Source: Nitrospiraceae bacterium (lineage in GTDB: Bacteria; Nitrospirota; Nitrospiria; Nitrospirales; Nitrospiraceae). Taken from it: a stretch of 64,000 nucleotides of DNA. Every line of letters starts with the position of its first letter. Positions within the stretch are counted from its first letter, which is position 1. This document shows positions 1 through 9,570 of the stretch, piece after piece. The position numbers and the translations under genes were made by a program. Location of the stretch: the NCBI GenBank assembly GCA_050246315.1, contig JBFWWG010000004.1:32001-96000 (forward strand), given 5' to 3'. The notes beneath the pieces are model-generated. The model worked only from the letters and a program-made list of their open reading frames with translations. It did not search any database and was not told the DNA's origin.

Positions 1-557
1 CGGTGTCGATCAGGTAGGGATGATTCATCACGATGCCTCGTCTGTCGATTCACCCTAGGGTCTAGGCAGCGGCGCACCAGGCTTGCGTGTCAGCACCCGA
101 TACCGCGCGGAGCAGACAGGGCAAATCGTCGGTTAAGGATAATGCCTGCTCCTCGATCACGAATGAAACGAGGTCGGCGGCGGCCAACCCATGCATGCGC
201 GAAAATAACTGATACTCCTCGTCAGTACGACTAGGGCATCGTATGTGATGCTTCTCCGTCGGCCGCTCCCGCCCGCCAGAGCATGGCTGCCAGGGAAGGT
301 CAATCCGTCTCACTGGCAGCGATGACGGTATCGTACAACTCTACGCCGGTCGGTTGCCACAAGATCATGCGCGCCATCGTGTTGCCTGACCTTGAGGGTC
401 CAGCCCGGCCGGCACCGTTCAGTAGGCCATGGGGTCGGCATCCTCCTCGCGAAGACCATTGCTCATGAGCGGCTTGATTTCCGGATCGTCCAGGTTCGTC
501 AGACCGGCAACGTCCGGCTCCGGCAGTCGTCCGGCCGTCTGATTTCCATCCAGCGAG

Positions 558-1502
558 TCAGGCGGCCAGCAGCGCAAGAAGATGCGCTTCGACGGAGGCC
601 GCCAGGGCCGCGAGATGATAGCCACCTTCCAAGCAGGACAGAATTCGTTTCCGCGCATGTCGTGCGCCGATCTCGGCCACAATGCCGGTCAATGAGGCAT
701 ACCCTTGTTCCGTCAGCCCCATGCCGGCCAGCGGATCGTCGCGATGCGCATCAAACCCCGCGGAGATGATGACGAACTCCGGCCTGAACCGATCGGCCGC
801 GGGGACCAACACCTCTCGAAACACCGCTTCGTATTCCTCATCTCCCTCTCCCGCCGAGAGGGGCACATTGATCGTGTAGCCGGTCCCCGCTCCGGCTCCG
901 GACTCGCTTGCGCGGCCGGTCCCCGGGTAATGCGGATACTGGTGTGTGCTGAAAAACAAGATCGACTCGTCCTCATAAAAACTATGCTGCGTGCCGTTTC
1001 CATGATGCACGTCCCAGTCCACAATCAAGACCCGTCTGATGCCGTGCCGTTGCTGAAGATATCGGGCGGCCACCGCAACATTGTTGAACAGGCAGAACCC
1101 CATGGCACGGTTGTGCTCCGCATGGTGGCCGGGAGGTCGGACAGCGCAAAACGCGTGCTCGATCCGGCTGTCCATAATGGCATCACAGGCGGCCAAGGCC
1201 CCGCCCGCCGCCAGGTAGGCGGCCTGGAGCGACCCGGACGAAATGGATGTATCAGGATCGAGCTGCACACGGCCGGAGGAGGGCGACTTTTTCTTGAGTC
1301 CCGCTACATAGGCTGGGGAGTGGATCTGTGTGATCCACTGATCCTCCGCCGACCTCGGCTGAATGGAGATCAGCCGGCCCATGATCCCGGTCGCTTCCAG
1401 TTGCCGCGTGATGGCGCGAAGTCTTTCGGGAGATTCCGGATGACCGTACCCCATGTCGTGTTCGAGGTATTGTGGATCGGACACGAAACCGGTTCGCGCC
1501 AT
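558..1502 (-). CDS. Histone deacetylase family (AcuC/AphA-like) Zn-dependent deacetylase
   Basis: Motifs HPESPERL, RPPGHHA, GFCLFNN, DWDVHHGNGTQ, SAGFDAH and LEGGY. Confidence 0.95.
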   Translation of the reverse strand: MARTGFVSDPQYLEHDMGYGHPESPERLRAITRQLEATGIMGRLISIQPRSAEDQWITQIHSPAYVAGLKKKSPSSGRVQLDPDTSISSGSLQAAYLAAGGALAACDAIMDSRIEHAFCAVRPPGHHAEHNRAMGFCLFNNVAVAARYLQQRHGIRRVLIVDWDVHHGNGTQHSFYEDESILFFSTHQYPHYPGTGRASESGAGAGTGYTINVPLSAGEGDEEYEAVFREVLVPAADRFRPEFVIISAGFDAHRDDPLAGMGLTEQGYASLTGIVAEIGARHARKRILSCLEGGYHLAALAASVEAHLLALLAA

Positions 1503-1653
1503 GCTTACCCTACATGAGGATGGACTCGATCAAGGAATGGACGATCGATCGTAGCATGTGCCGCAAGCGGTAGACAATGTGGGGCGTGCGTGCTACGGTC
1601 ACCCTCTGTTCAAGAGAGCGGTGTCGGGAGAGATATGATCGTTACAGCGGAAG

Positions 1654-1980
1654 ATGGAGGACTGCGTGCCCAATCCCCGGATTGAACCTTTGAGAAAAGT
1701 GCTGTCGATCGATCCCAATGACGAGGTAGCCTGGTTCGGGCTTGGAAAGGCTTATATGGACGACGGCAACTGGGACGCAGCGGTCGAGGCGCTGGAGAAT
1801 TGTGTCCGCGTCAAACCGGTTTATTCTGCGGCCTACCTCGCGTTGGCCCAATCGCTTCAGAAACTCGCACGACTGGATCACTGCCGTGAAGTCTGCCGGG
1901 CAGGTATCGACGTGTCCACCAAAAACGGCGATGCCATGGTAACGAAGAACCTCGAGGCGTTGGTGCAGACGATCGGATAA
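1654..1980 (+). CDS. Small tetratricopeptide-repeat protein
   Basis: TPR-like helices (DPNDEVAWFGLGKAY; PVYSAAYLALAQSL). Confidence 0.85.
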   Translation: MEDCVPNPRIEPLRKVLSIDPNDEVAWFGLGKAYMDDGNWDAAVEALENCVRVKPVYSAAYLALAQSLQKLARLDHCREVCRAGIDVSTKNGDAMVTKNLEALVQTIG

Positions 1981-1981
1981 G

Positions 1982-2893
1982 CTACCCAGACTGCGACAGC
2001 AAGGCGCGGAGGGTGTGCCGTCCCCACTCACCCGGCTGAAACCGGCTCTCCGGATTGAGCACACAGACCCGATGAATCGGATGCCGGGCATCGCCGCCGG
2101 CTCGCTCGACGATCTCGACATTGGCCAGCCGCACACTCGATCGCGCCGGCAGGGCTTCCACATCCCACAGAGCCAGCAGCACACCGCTCAAATGGCGTAA
2201 GGGCAGCAACAGGCTGGTCATCGCCCCGGCTAATCGTCTCAGATCCAAGGGGACCGGACGAGGGCTCCGATTTCCCCGCTCCAAACCTCCCGGCCGACCT
2301 GGCTCGCGGTCGTGCAGACCCTGTCGAACATGGACGGCTAGGAACACTGGCTCGCAGTAATCGGACAACTGGCGAGCCTTCTGCCCGATCCGGGCTAAAA
2401 TCCGGTTGATCAGCAGATCACCGACGGTGAAATCACCCTCCGGCTCATGCTGAAACGCCGCGCGGTGACGAGCCACACCGTGCGGCCGCTTGGAACCGCC
2501 GATCATGGTGGTGACTTCGATGAAGAGCCGCTCGCTGCCGAACCGACATTCCAAATCAGCCGTCCGCGCGACGGATTCCGGAAGGAACCGCACCGAGCCT
2601 CCGGTCCGGTGAATCTTAGCGGCCACCTCGAGCTCGGCGATCGCCGACTCGCGCGCACCGGCATGCGATCCAGCCAATCGCCTTTGGAGATGTTGCAAGC
2701 GTCGCTGACTGGCCCGATCATGGCAGGCCATGTAGAGATACTCCCAATCGCTCGCGACTTGCCGCCAGAACCCCTTGCTTCGCGAGAACCAGTCCCGCCC
2801 GCACAGGCTTGACTCCAGCACGCCAGGCCCGACGACCTCATGGAGTTCGCTCAACCGCACCATCACTCCCTCGCACGATCCGCTAGCCCACAT
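1982..2893 (-). CDS. Hypothetical protein, possible PD-(D/E)XK-like fold (start uncertain)
   Basis: 303-aa ORF filling the space between genes; RTADL...LFIEVT segment. Confidence 0.6.
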   Translation of the reverse strand: MWASGSCEGVMVRLSELHEVVGPGVLESSLCGRDWFSRSKGFWRQVASDWEYLYMACHDRASQRRLQHLQRRLAGSHAGARESAIAELEVAAKIHRTGGSVRFLPESVARTADLECRFGSERLFIEVTTMIGGSKRPHGVARHRAAFQHEPEGDFTVGDLLINRILARIGQKARQLSDYCEPVFLAVHVRQGLHDREPGRPGGLERGNRSPRPVPLDLRRLAGAMTSLLLPLRHLSGVLLALWDVEALPARSSVRLANVEIVERAGGDARHPIHRVCVLNPESRFQPGEWGRHTLRALLSQSG

Positions 2894-3076
2894 CCTTCAT
2901 GACGGTTCGTCGCGACATCGTGGAGTCGCGTGGCAAGACGGGCAAGCGCAGCGGCGAGGATGGGAGACGTACTGGATCCAGTACGCTGACCGACTGAGCG
3001 GCGAGCACGCACGCCGACAGGCTTGTCGCAGCAGGACATCCGAGATTGCACCAGAAGCGCTCAAGAATCATGCGGG

Positions 3077-3406
3077 CTAGACCTGCGTCAATCCGCTTCC
3101 TTCTTCACCCGACGGCCTGACCGGTTCCGGATGTCGCTTGACCATCTCATCATATACTTCGTCCAGCCAGCGCCCCGCACACCCCAAGACTTCCCGCACC
3201 AGCGGTTCGTCCTGACCCGTCCGTGTTATCGTCCAACGACAAACGTATTCGAGGAGCGAATCTCGACCGCACGACAGGGTCTCGCTGGTCGTCAGGGACA
3301 CCAGCTCCTGCAACCCCGTCCGGACGATTCCCTCGACGATCGCGCGGTCATAGGAGGTTGCCGCGGTTACATATTGCACGGCTCGGTTGATTTCCTGCTC
3401 GGTCAC
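3077..3406 (-). CDS. Hypothetical protein
   Basis: 109-aa ORF with protein-like composition, divergent from pepF. Confidence 0.65.
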   Translation of the reverse strand: MTEQEINRAVQYVTAATSYDRAIVEGIVRTGLQELVSLTTSETLSCGRDSLLEYVCRWTITRTGQDEPLVREVLGCAGRWLDEVYDEMVKRHPEPVRPSGEEGSGLTQV

Positions 3407-3510
3407 GGATGGATTCTAACATCCGTGCAATCTCAGTCAACGCTCCAGAAACTGGTCCGATTGTGATACAAGTAGCCCCCGGTCTTTTTCCGAGAGAGGA
3501 GAACCGACTG

Positions 3511-5319
3511 ATGCCCACACGTTCCTCGTCGCAACCCCCAGTCAGATCCCGAGCATCGCTTCCCTATCAAGATCAATGGAATCTCGCCCACCTGTTTCCC
3601 CAGGGAGAACAGGATGTCGGCCGGTCGCTGCGCAGGCTGGAAGAGCTGGTGGGGCAATTCGAATCCTTCCGAGACACCTTGTCTCCCGACCTATCCACGA
3701 CCTCGTTTCGCAAAGTCCTCGACCTGAGCGAGCAGATCGTTACAATCTCGACGACAATCGGAGCCCATGCGTACCTGTGGTATTCCGAGAACACCAAGGA
3801 TGCCAAGGCCCGCTCCCATAAAGCCACAGTCGAACAACGCCTCGCCTCGCTGAGAAACCGCCTCCTGTTCTTCGACCTCTGGTGGCAAGGTCTGGACGAA
3901 ACTAATGCCGCGCGCCTCCGCGAGACGGCGGGCGATCTTCGGTATCACCTCGACACGATTCGTCGCTTTAGCCCTCACACGTTGTCGGAGCGCGAGGAAC
4001 AGGTGATCAACCTGAAGAACACGACCGGTCGCACAGCCTTGACCACGCTCTACGAGATCGTGACGAACGGGTTTTCATTCACGCTGAGCGTGAAGGGAAC
4101 ACGACGCACGCTCAACCGGGAGCACCTCTCGGCCTTTGTACGCAATCCGCACGCTCGCCTTCGCGAGGCGGCCTACCGTGAGTTGTACAGGGTGTTCGAG
4201 TCTCAACGCGATCTCCTGGGCGAAACCTACAAGATGCTGGTCAACGATTGGAAATCCGAGCAGTTGGATCTTCGAAAGTTCGTTACGCCGCTGAGCGTCC
4301 GCAATCTTCAGAACGACGTCCCCGATGAGGCGGTGACGGCCCTGCTCGCCGTATGCGCCAAGAACGCACCAGTGTTTCAGCACTATTTCAAACTCAAGGC
4401 CCGCCTCTGCGGGCTACCGCGGCTGAATCGCTACCACATCTACGCGCCCGCGCGCACCACGCAGAAACGGTTCCGTTACCGCGACGCGGCCCGGTTGGTC
4501 CTGGACTCTTACCGTTCGTTCTCACCGCATCTGGCCGACCTGGCACAACAGGTCTTCCAGGAAGGTCATGTCCATGCCCGTACACAGCCCGGCAAGATGG
4601 GCGGCGCCTATTGCTACAGCATCGCGCCCGGCATGACGCCCTACGTCCTCCTGAACTTCACCGGGGAAGCCCGTGAGATCGCAACCATGGCCCATGAGCT
4701 CGGACACGCGGTCCACGGAATGATGGCGGCCAAGCATTCCATCTTTACGTTTCACTCCACGTTGCCGCTGGCAGAGACGGCGTCCGTATTCGGCGAGCGC
4801 ATCCTTTCCGATGCGCTCCTCCAGCAGGAACAGAATCGGTCAGTGAAACAAGGGCTGCTGATGACCCAACTCGACGACGCTTACGCCACCATCATGCGAC
4901 AGGCCTACTTCGTACAGTTCGAGCGTTCGGCACACGATCTGATCGCCAATGGAGCGACCGTTCAAGAAGTGGCAGCCGAATATCTACGACTCTTACGGGA
5001 ACAATTGGGGACGGGCGTCCCGGTTTCCAAAGAATTCCAGTGGGAATGGCTGACGATTCCCCACATCTACGCCAGCCCCTTTTATTGCTATGCGTACAGC
5101 TTTGGGAACCTGCTCGTGCTGGCGCTCTATCGGATGTACAAGCAGGAGGGGCAAGCCTTTGTCCCGCGCTATCTTACCTTGCTCGCCACGGGAGGCTCTG
5201 AATCGCCGGAACACATCCTTCGCTCTGTTGGAGTCGATATGTGCTCAGAAGCCTTTTGGCAGTCTGGATTCGACGCTCTCAAGGAAATGGTGAGAGACCT
5301 CGAAAAGACGATCTCGTAA
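3511..5319 (+). CDS. pepF: M3B oligoendopeptidase F
   Basis: QWNLAHLF N-terminus, GKMGGAYC, HELGH zincin motif, LAETASVF, HIYASPFYCYAYSFG; GAGGAG RBS before ATG 3511. Confidence 0.93.
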   Translation: MPTRSSSQPPVRSRASLPYQDQWNLAHLFPQGEQDVGRSLRRLEELVGQFESFRDTLSPDLSTTSFRKVLDLSEQIVTISTTIGAHAYLWYSENTKDAKARSHKATVEQRLASLRNRLLFFDLWWQGLDETNAARLRETAGDLRYHLDTIRRFSPHTLSEREEQVINLKNTTGRTALTTLYEIVTNGFSFTLSVKGTRRTLNREHLSAFVRNPHARLREAAYRELYRVFESQRDLLGETYKMLVNDWKSEQLDLRKFVTPLSVRNLQNDVPDEAVTALLAVCAKNAPVFQHYFKLKARLCGLPRLNRYHIYAPARTTQKRFRYRDAARLVLDSYRSFSPHLADLAQQVFQEGHVHARTQPGKMGGAYCYSIAPGMTPYVLLNFTGEAREIATMAHELGHAVHGMMAAKHSIFTFHSTLPLAETASVFGERILSDALLQQEQNRSVKQGLLMTQLDDAYATIMRQAYFVQFERSAHDLIANGATVQEVAAEYLRLLREQLGTGVPVSKEFQWEWLTIPHIYASPFYCYAYSFGNLLVLALYRMYKQEGQAFVPRYLTLLATGGSESPEHILRSVGVDMCSEAFWQSGFDALKEMVRDLEKTIS

Positions 5320-5379
5320 CCTATGGATATCAATCTTCTTTTCCTGGCCTAGCCAGAAAACAAAATTTTCGTCCGGCAC

Positions 5380-5425
5380 TTGACTCAAATGGTCTGCGGC
5401 GGTACCATATTGATAACGGTTCTCA
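5380..5425 (+). promoter_or_regulatory. Sigma70 promoter followed by a Fur-box-like operator upstream of bfd
   Basis: TTGACT(5380-85)-N17-TACCAT(5403-08), then near-palindrome TGATAAC-G-GTTCTCA (5411-25). Confidence 0.7.
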
Positions 5426-5474
5426 TAGTCGGAGCTTGAGAAGACCACGTCGCATCAGAGAAAGGACGAGCATC

Positions 5475-5666
5475 ATGTATGTCTGTCTCTGTAAAGGTCT
5501 AACCGAGGGTGATGTGCAGCAGGCCGGACGGTGCGGCCAGATCACCGGCGCGAGGTTGATCGCCTCATTCGGATTGAATGACGAAGGCTGCTGCGGCCGC
5601 TGCGCTGAAAACATCGACGACTTGGTTCAGTTAGCTGCGGGACAGTGCTCTCCTTCCCCTCATTGA
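5475..5666 (+). CDS. bfd: Bacterioferritin-associated ferredoxin-like [2Fe-2S] protein
   Basis: MYVCLCKGLTE...CCGRC pattern, 63 aa, AAAGGA RBS. Confidence 0.85.
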   Translation: MYVCLCKGLTEGDVQQAGRCGQITGARLIASFGLNDEGCCGRCAENIDDLVQLAAGQCSPSPH

Positions 5667-5909
5667 TTTCCCCACTGGATTCTCCCCGCTGGACACCTCA
5701 ATACTCCCCTCCGGTTCGTCCGTTACCCTTTTCCGGCTCGTCTTCTCCATGATTGAGTGAAACTACATTCCCACCTAACGAGATAGGGGGTGACGCCTGT
5801 CGCAAGAGAGACGCCCCAGGGGATACGTGGTGCCCCATACGACGATAGAGACGAGGCTGGCTGCTGCAGGGAAAATACCGGAATAGAGAGAGATGGAGGG
5901 TTTTGACGG

Positions 5910-6566
5910 TTATGGTTCGGATCGCCCGCGGACGACGAGGTGCGTCACCTCCGCGACTCGCCGCCCCAGTTCCTTGGCGGCAGCCAGTTCGTTTTCGTCG
6001 ATTCCCGGACTCTCACCCTCGGTCGTGGCCGACGCACCGAAGGCCCCGCCTCCGCTGACGACGATCATTTGATTCCCCAGCATGGCAGCGAGAATAGCGA
6101 GCATCGTTAATTCTTTTCCACTCGACACCTGTCCACCGGTGGCGAAGGCCGCTCCGACTTTGTTCTTCAGTTTGAGATCGGGCCAAACGCCGAACTTGAA
6201 CTGCCAATTGTCGATGAAGGTCTTGACGGGGCCGGCCATATTGGACCAATAGACCGGCGATCCCACGACGAGCGCGTCCGCAGAGAAAAGATCGTCAGCC
6301 GTCACCCTCTCGACCTGTTGCACAATCACCATCGTGTCGGCCACGCTCTTGGCCCCCTCCACGACGCCTCGGGCCATTTTCTCGGTGTGCCCGGTTCCAG
6401 AATGGTAAGTCACGAGAATGGTGACGGGAGGTCCGCCCTCATCGGCTCGGGCGGCGAGCGGCAAGAGAATGGCCTCGATTAGGAAACAAGCGGCCAGGCT
6501 GGATATCAACAAACCGGCAGCGCGGGCGGACCTCCCCAACGAATCATTGGTGAGGTTTCGAATCAA
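5910..6566 (-). CDS. Flavodoxin-like NAD(P)H:quinone oxidoreductase (WrbA family) with N-terminal signal-like segment; start uncertain
   Basis: YHSGTGHTEKMA, GSPVYWSNM, KVGAAFAT and GGAFGA motifs. Confidence 0.85.
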   Translation of the reverse strand: MIRNLTNDSLGRSARAAGLLISSLAACFLIEAILLPLAARADEGGPPVTILVTYHSGTGHTEKMARGVVEGAKSVADTMVIVQQVERVTADDLFSADALVVGSPVYWSNMAGPVKTFIDNWQFKFGVWPDLKLKNKVGAAFATGGQVSSGKELTMLAILAAMLGNQMIVVSGGGAFGASATTEGESPGIDENELAAAKELGRRVAEVTHLVVRGRSEP

Positions 6567-6571
6567 ACGGC

Positions 6572-6757
6572 TTAGCGGCGGATGGTTTCTTCGTCGAGAT
6601 GTTCCTCGACGGAAACCTCCGTGAGAGTGCCCCGGTAATCGCATTTGTGGCACCGGATCCGCCATTCTTCCATCCACTTGTCCTGCACGTAGGATTGACG
6701 GCACTTGGGACAAACAAAGACGCCTTTCTTATAGAGAACCCGACGCTTTTCTTTCAT
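6572..6757 (-). CDS. Small zinc-ribbon protein (CxxC...CxxC)
   Basis: CPKC and CHKC in 61 aa; GGAGG RBS. Confidence 0.7.
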   Translation of the reverse strand: MKEKRRVLYKKGVFVCPKCRQSYVQDKWMEEWRIRCHKCDYRGTLTEVSVEEHLDEETIRR

Positions 6758-6829
6758 CGACCCGCCTCCTGGAAGACAGCCGAGAATCGCACATCCAACG
6801 GCGGCATTGCAAGGAGGCGCGGGTCAGAC

Positions 6830-6858
6830 TTGACAGGCTGGCCGCCACCCCCTAGGCT
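6830..6858 (+). promoter_or_regulatory. Sigma70-like promoter of the DUF192 gene
   Basis: TTGACA-N17-TAGGCT. Confidence 0.45.
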
Positions 6859-6869
6859 CCCATCAGGCC

Positions 6870-7349
6870 ATGCTGCCATTCCCCCGAGGTCGATTCGCCC
6901 GTCTGGTTTCTACGCTTGCGCTCTCCTTGGTCGTTTCGCCGTTCCTCGACATGGGCAAGACCGCGGCCGGCGCAGAGTTCCTCCTGCCTATTCGGACGCC
7001 TTCGGGAACGACCATTCATGCCGAACTGGCCGACACGCCGCAGAAGCGGGCCATGGGCTTGATGTACCGAGAGTCGCTTCCCGAAAACCACGGCATGTTG
7101 TTTATTTTCGGAGAGGCGCAACCCTGGACATTTTGGATGAAAAACACCCGGATGCCGCTTGACATCATTTGGCTGAATGAACAAAAAACCATTGTGCACA
7201 TCGAGGCCAACACGCCGATCTGCACAAGGACCGACAACGGCTGTCCCCAGTACCAGTCCAACGAACCGGCGATGTACGTCTTAGAACTCGCAGGAGGGCG
7301 CGCACAGACGCTGAAGCTGAGAAAGGGGATGAAGCTCCAGTTTCCCTGA
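6870..7349 (+). CDS. DUF192 family exported protein
   Basis: ELADTPQKRAMGLMYRESL, GMLFIF, FWMKNT..PLDIIW, YVLELAGG. Confidence 0.92.
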   Translation: MLPFPRGRFARLVSTLALSLVVSPFLDMGKTAAGAEFLLPIRTPSGTTIHAELADTPQKRAMGLMYRESLPENHGMLFIFGEAQPWTFWMKNTRMPLDIIWLNEQKTIVHIEANTPICTRTDNGCPQYQSNEPAMYVLELAGGRAQTLKLRKGMKLQFP

Positions 7350-7367
7350 GAGACCACACCGGCGGTT

Positions 7368-9560
7368 CTATGTCGATGATCGGTGATCTTGCCAAGCGCG
7401 TAGCCGCTTGGCGGAAATCACGCCTTCCACCCGCTCGACCGCCTGTAGTACCTTGCCCAGATGGTCCGTGTCCGTCACCTCGACGACGAAATTCAACACG
7501 GCCTTTCGATCTTCCCTGGTCGTAATCTCCGCTCGACTGATGTTGGCGTTGCACCCGGCAATGGAGGAGGAGACGTTCGCCAATACTCCCGGCCGGTCCA
7601 CCGCCATGACGGACATCTTGACATCGTGGGTGCTCGGCACCGACGTGTCCCAATCCACCTCGACGAGCCGGTCGCGGTCATAATCCAATGCATCCAGATT
7701 CGGGCAGCCGACGGCGTGGATGGTTAAGCCGCGCCCCCTGGTGATGTATCCAAGAATCCGGTCGCCCGGCACAGGATTGCAGCAACGCGACAACTGCATG
7801 AGCAGATCTCTGGCGCCCTTGACCTTGACACCCTTTTCGTCGGTTCTCGGATCGCCGGCCCTCTGAAGGGCAACCGGCTCTTGCGCCACCCGCTGCGGCT
7901 CGTCCGTACCCACAGAAAGCAGGCGACTGACGATTTGCGAACTCGCGACACGTCCGTAACCGATTGCCGCCACCAGATCGTCGGCCGAATCGTACCCGGA
8001 TGCCCGTGCAACCTCGAAGAATTGCTCGGACTTGAGCATCTGCGCCGGCGTCACGTTGTGCTTCTTCAGCTCCACTTCCAGCAACCGCCGGCCAATTTCC
8101 GCGCTGCGCCGATCCTCCTCGACCTTGATCCAGTGCTTGATCTTGGCCTTCGCCCGAGAGGTCCGCACAAACTTGAGCCAGTCCTTGTGCGGCACCTGCG
8201 TCGACGAAGTCAGAATTTCCACTGCATCGCCGCTTTGCAATTGATACTTGAGCGGCACAATCTTGCCGTTCACTTTGGCGCCGATACAGTGATTGCCGAC
8301 CTCGGTATGGATCGCGTACGCAAAATCCACCGGCGTGGACCCACGGGGCAATTCCTTGACCATGCCTTTGGGCGTGAACACATAGACCACGTCGTGAAAG
8401 AGGTCGAGTTTGACGGAATCCATGAACTGCCGGTTGTCTGGCAGGTCTCGATGCCACTCAACGAACTGGCGCAGCCAACTGAATACCTTTCCGTCCTTCT
8501 CATCGACCTGTCCCTGCTCCTTGTACTTCCAATGGGCGGCGATGCCCTGTTCCGCAACCCGATGCATTTCTTCCGTACGGATCTGGAATTCGACGTGCTC
8601 CCCCTTCGGCCCGACGACGGTCGTGTGAAGCGATTGGTACAGGTTCGATTTCGGAATGGCGATGTAATCCTTGAAGCGGCCCGGCACGGGGCGCCAGAGG
8701 GAATGAATCATCCCCAGGATGCCGTAGCAATTCATCTTGGTATCGGTCAGGATCCGAATGCCGGTCAGATCGTAGACTTCCTCGAACGAAATACTCTGCT
8801 TCTGCATCTTCTGGTAGATGCCGTAAAGATGCTTGGGCCGTCCGTGCACCTCGCCCGGAAGCGCGGCCTCGTCCAGAGCCTGCTTCACCACCTGGACCAC
8901 TTCCCGAGTGTACTGCTGGCGGTCTTCGTCCCGCTTGGCCACCTTCTGCACGAGCATTTCGAAGACATCGGGTTTCAGATAGCGGAGGCAGAGATCTTCC
9001 AACTCGTTCTTCAGCCATCCAATCCCCAGGCGATTCGCGAGCGGCGCATAAATTTCAAGTGTTTCCTGCGCGATTTCCTGCTGTTTGGTTGTCCGGTGAT
9101 GCTGGAGGGTCCGCATGTTGTGCAGGCGATCGGCGAGCTTCACGAGAACGACTCGGATGTCGTCCGCCATGGAGAGCACCATTTTGCGGAAATTCTCCGC
9201 CTGCTTCTCCTCATAATTCTTGAACGGGATCTTCCCGATCTTGGTCACCCCTTCGACCAAACGCACGATGTCCTTGCCGAACTGGCGTTCCAGTTCCTGA
9301 TGCGTCGCGAGGGTGTCTTCAAGCGTATCGTGCAGCAGACCGGCGATGATGGCATGCTCGTCGCTCTTCAAGGCGGTGAGAATGCCCGCCACGGCGAGCG
9401 GATGATGCAGATAGGGTTCTCCGGACTTGCGCGTCTGGCCTTCGTGTGCCTTGGCCGAGTAGTCGTAGGCCTTGCGAATCAACGCCACGTCCGCATCGGC
9501 ATAGTAGCTCTGCAGCCGGGCGATCAGCGCGTCGATGTTCGTGATGGTCTCGTTCGGCAT
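7368..9560 (-). CDS. relA: Bifunctional (p)ppGpp synthetase/hydrolase (RelA/SpoT, HD-SYNTH-TGS-ACT)
   Basis: RKSGEPYLHHP, LLHDTLED, KLADRLHNMRTL, FKDYIAIPKSNLYQSLHT, TGS and ACT domains; start at MPNETIT. Confidence 0.97.
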   Translation of the reverse strand: MPNETITNIDALIARLQSYYADADVALIRKAYDYSAKAHEGQTRKSGEPYLHHPLAVAGILTALKSDEHAIIAGLLHDTLEDTLATHQELERQFGKDIVRLVEGVTKIGKIPFKNYEEKQAENFRKMVLSMADDIRVVLVKLADRLHNMRTLQHHRTTKQQEIAQETLEIYAPLANRLGIGWLKNELEDLCLRYLKPDVFEMLVQKVAKRDEDRQQYTREVVQVVKQALDEAALPGEVHGRPKHLYGIYQKMQKQSISFEEVYDLTGIRILTDTKMNCYGILGMIHSLWRPVPGRFKDYIAIPKSNLYQSLHTTVVGPKGEHVEFQIRTEEMHRVAEQGIAAHWKYKEQGQVDEKDGKVFSWLRQFVEWHRDLPDNRQFMDSVKLDLFHDVVYVFTPKGMVKELPRGSTPVDFAYAIHTEVGNHCIGAKVNGKIVPLKYQLQSGDAVEILTSSTQVPHKDWLKFVRTSRAKAKIKHWIKVEEDRRSAEIGRRLLEVELKKHNVTPAQMLKSEQFFEVARASGYDSADDLVAAIGYGRVASSQIVSRLLSVGTDEPQRVAQEPVALQRAGDPRTDEKGVKVKGARDLLMQLSRCCNPVPGDRILGYITRGRGLTIHAVGCPNLDALDYDRDRLVEVDWDTSVPSTHDVKMSVMAVDRPGVLANVSSSIAGCNANISRAEITTREDRKAVLNFVVEVTDTDHLGKVLQAVERVEGVISAKRLRAWQDHRSST

Positions 9561-9570
9561 GACCTGTCCC

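Noticed and set aside
1..480. Short ORFs (62..313, 283..468) and a possible gene start MNHPYLIDT at position 28 on the minus strand
   Set aside because: No recognisable motifs, and the edge fragment is only 9 codons.
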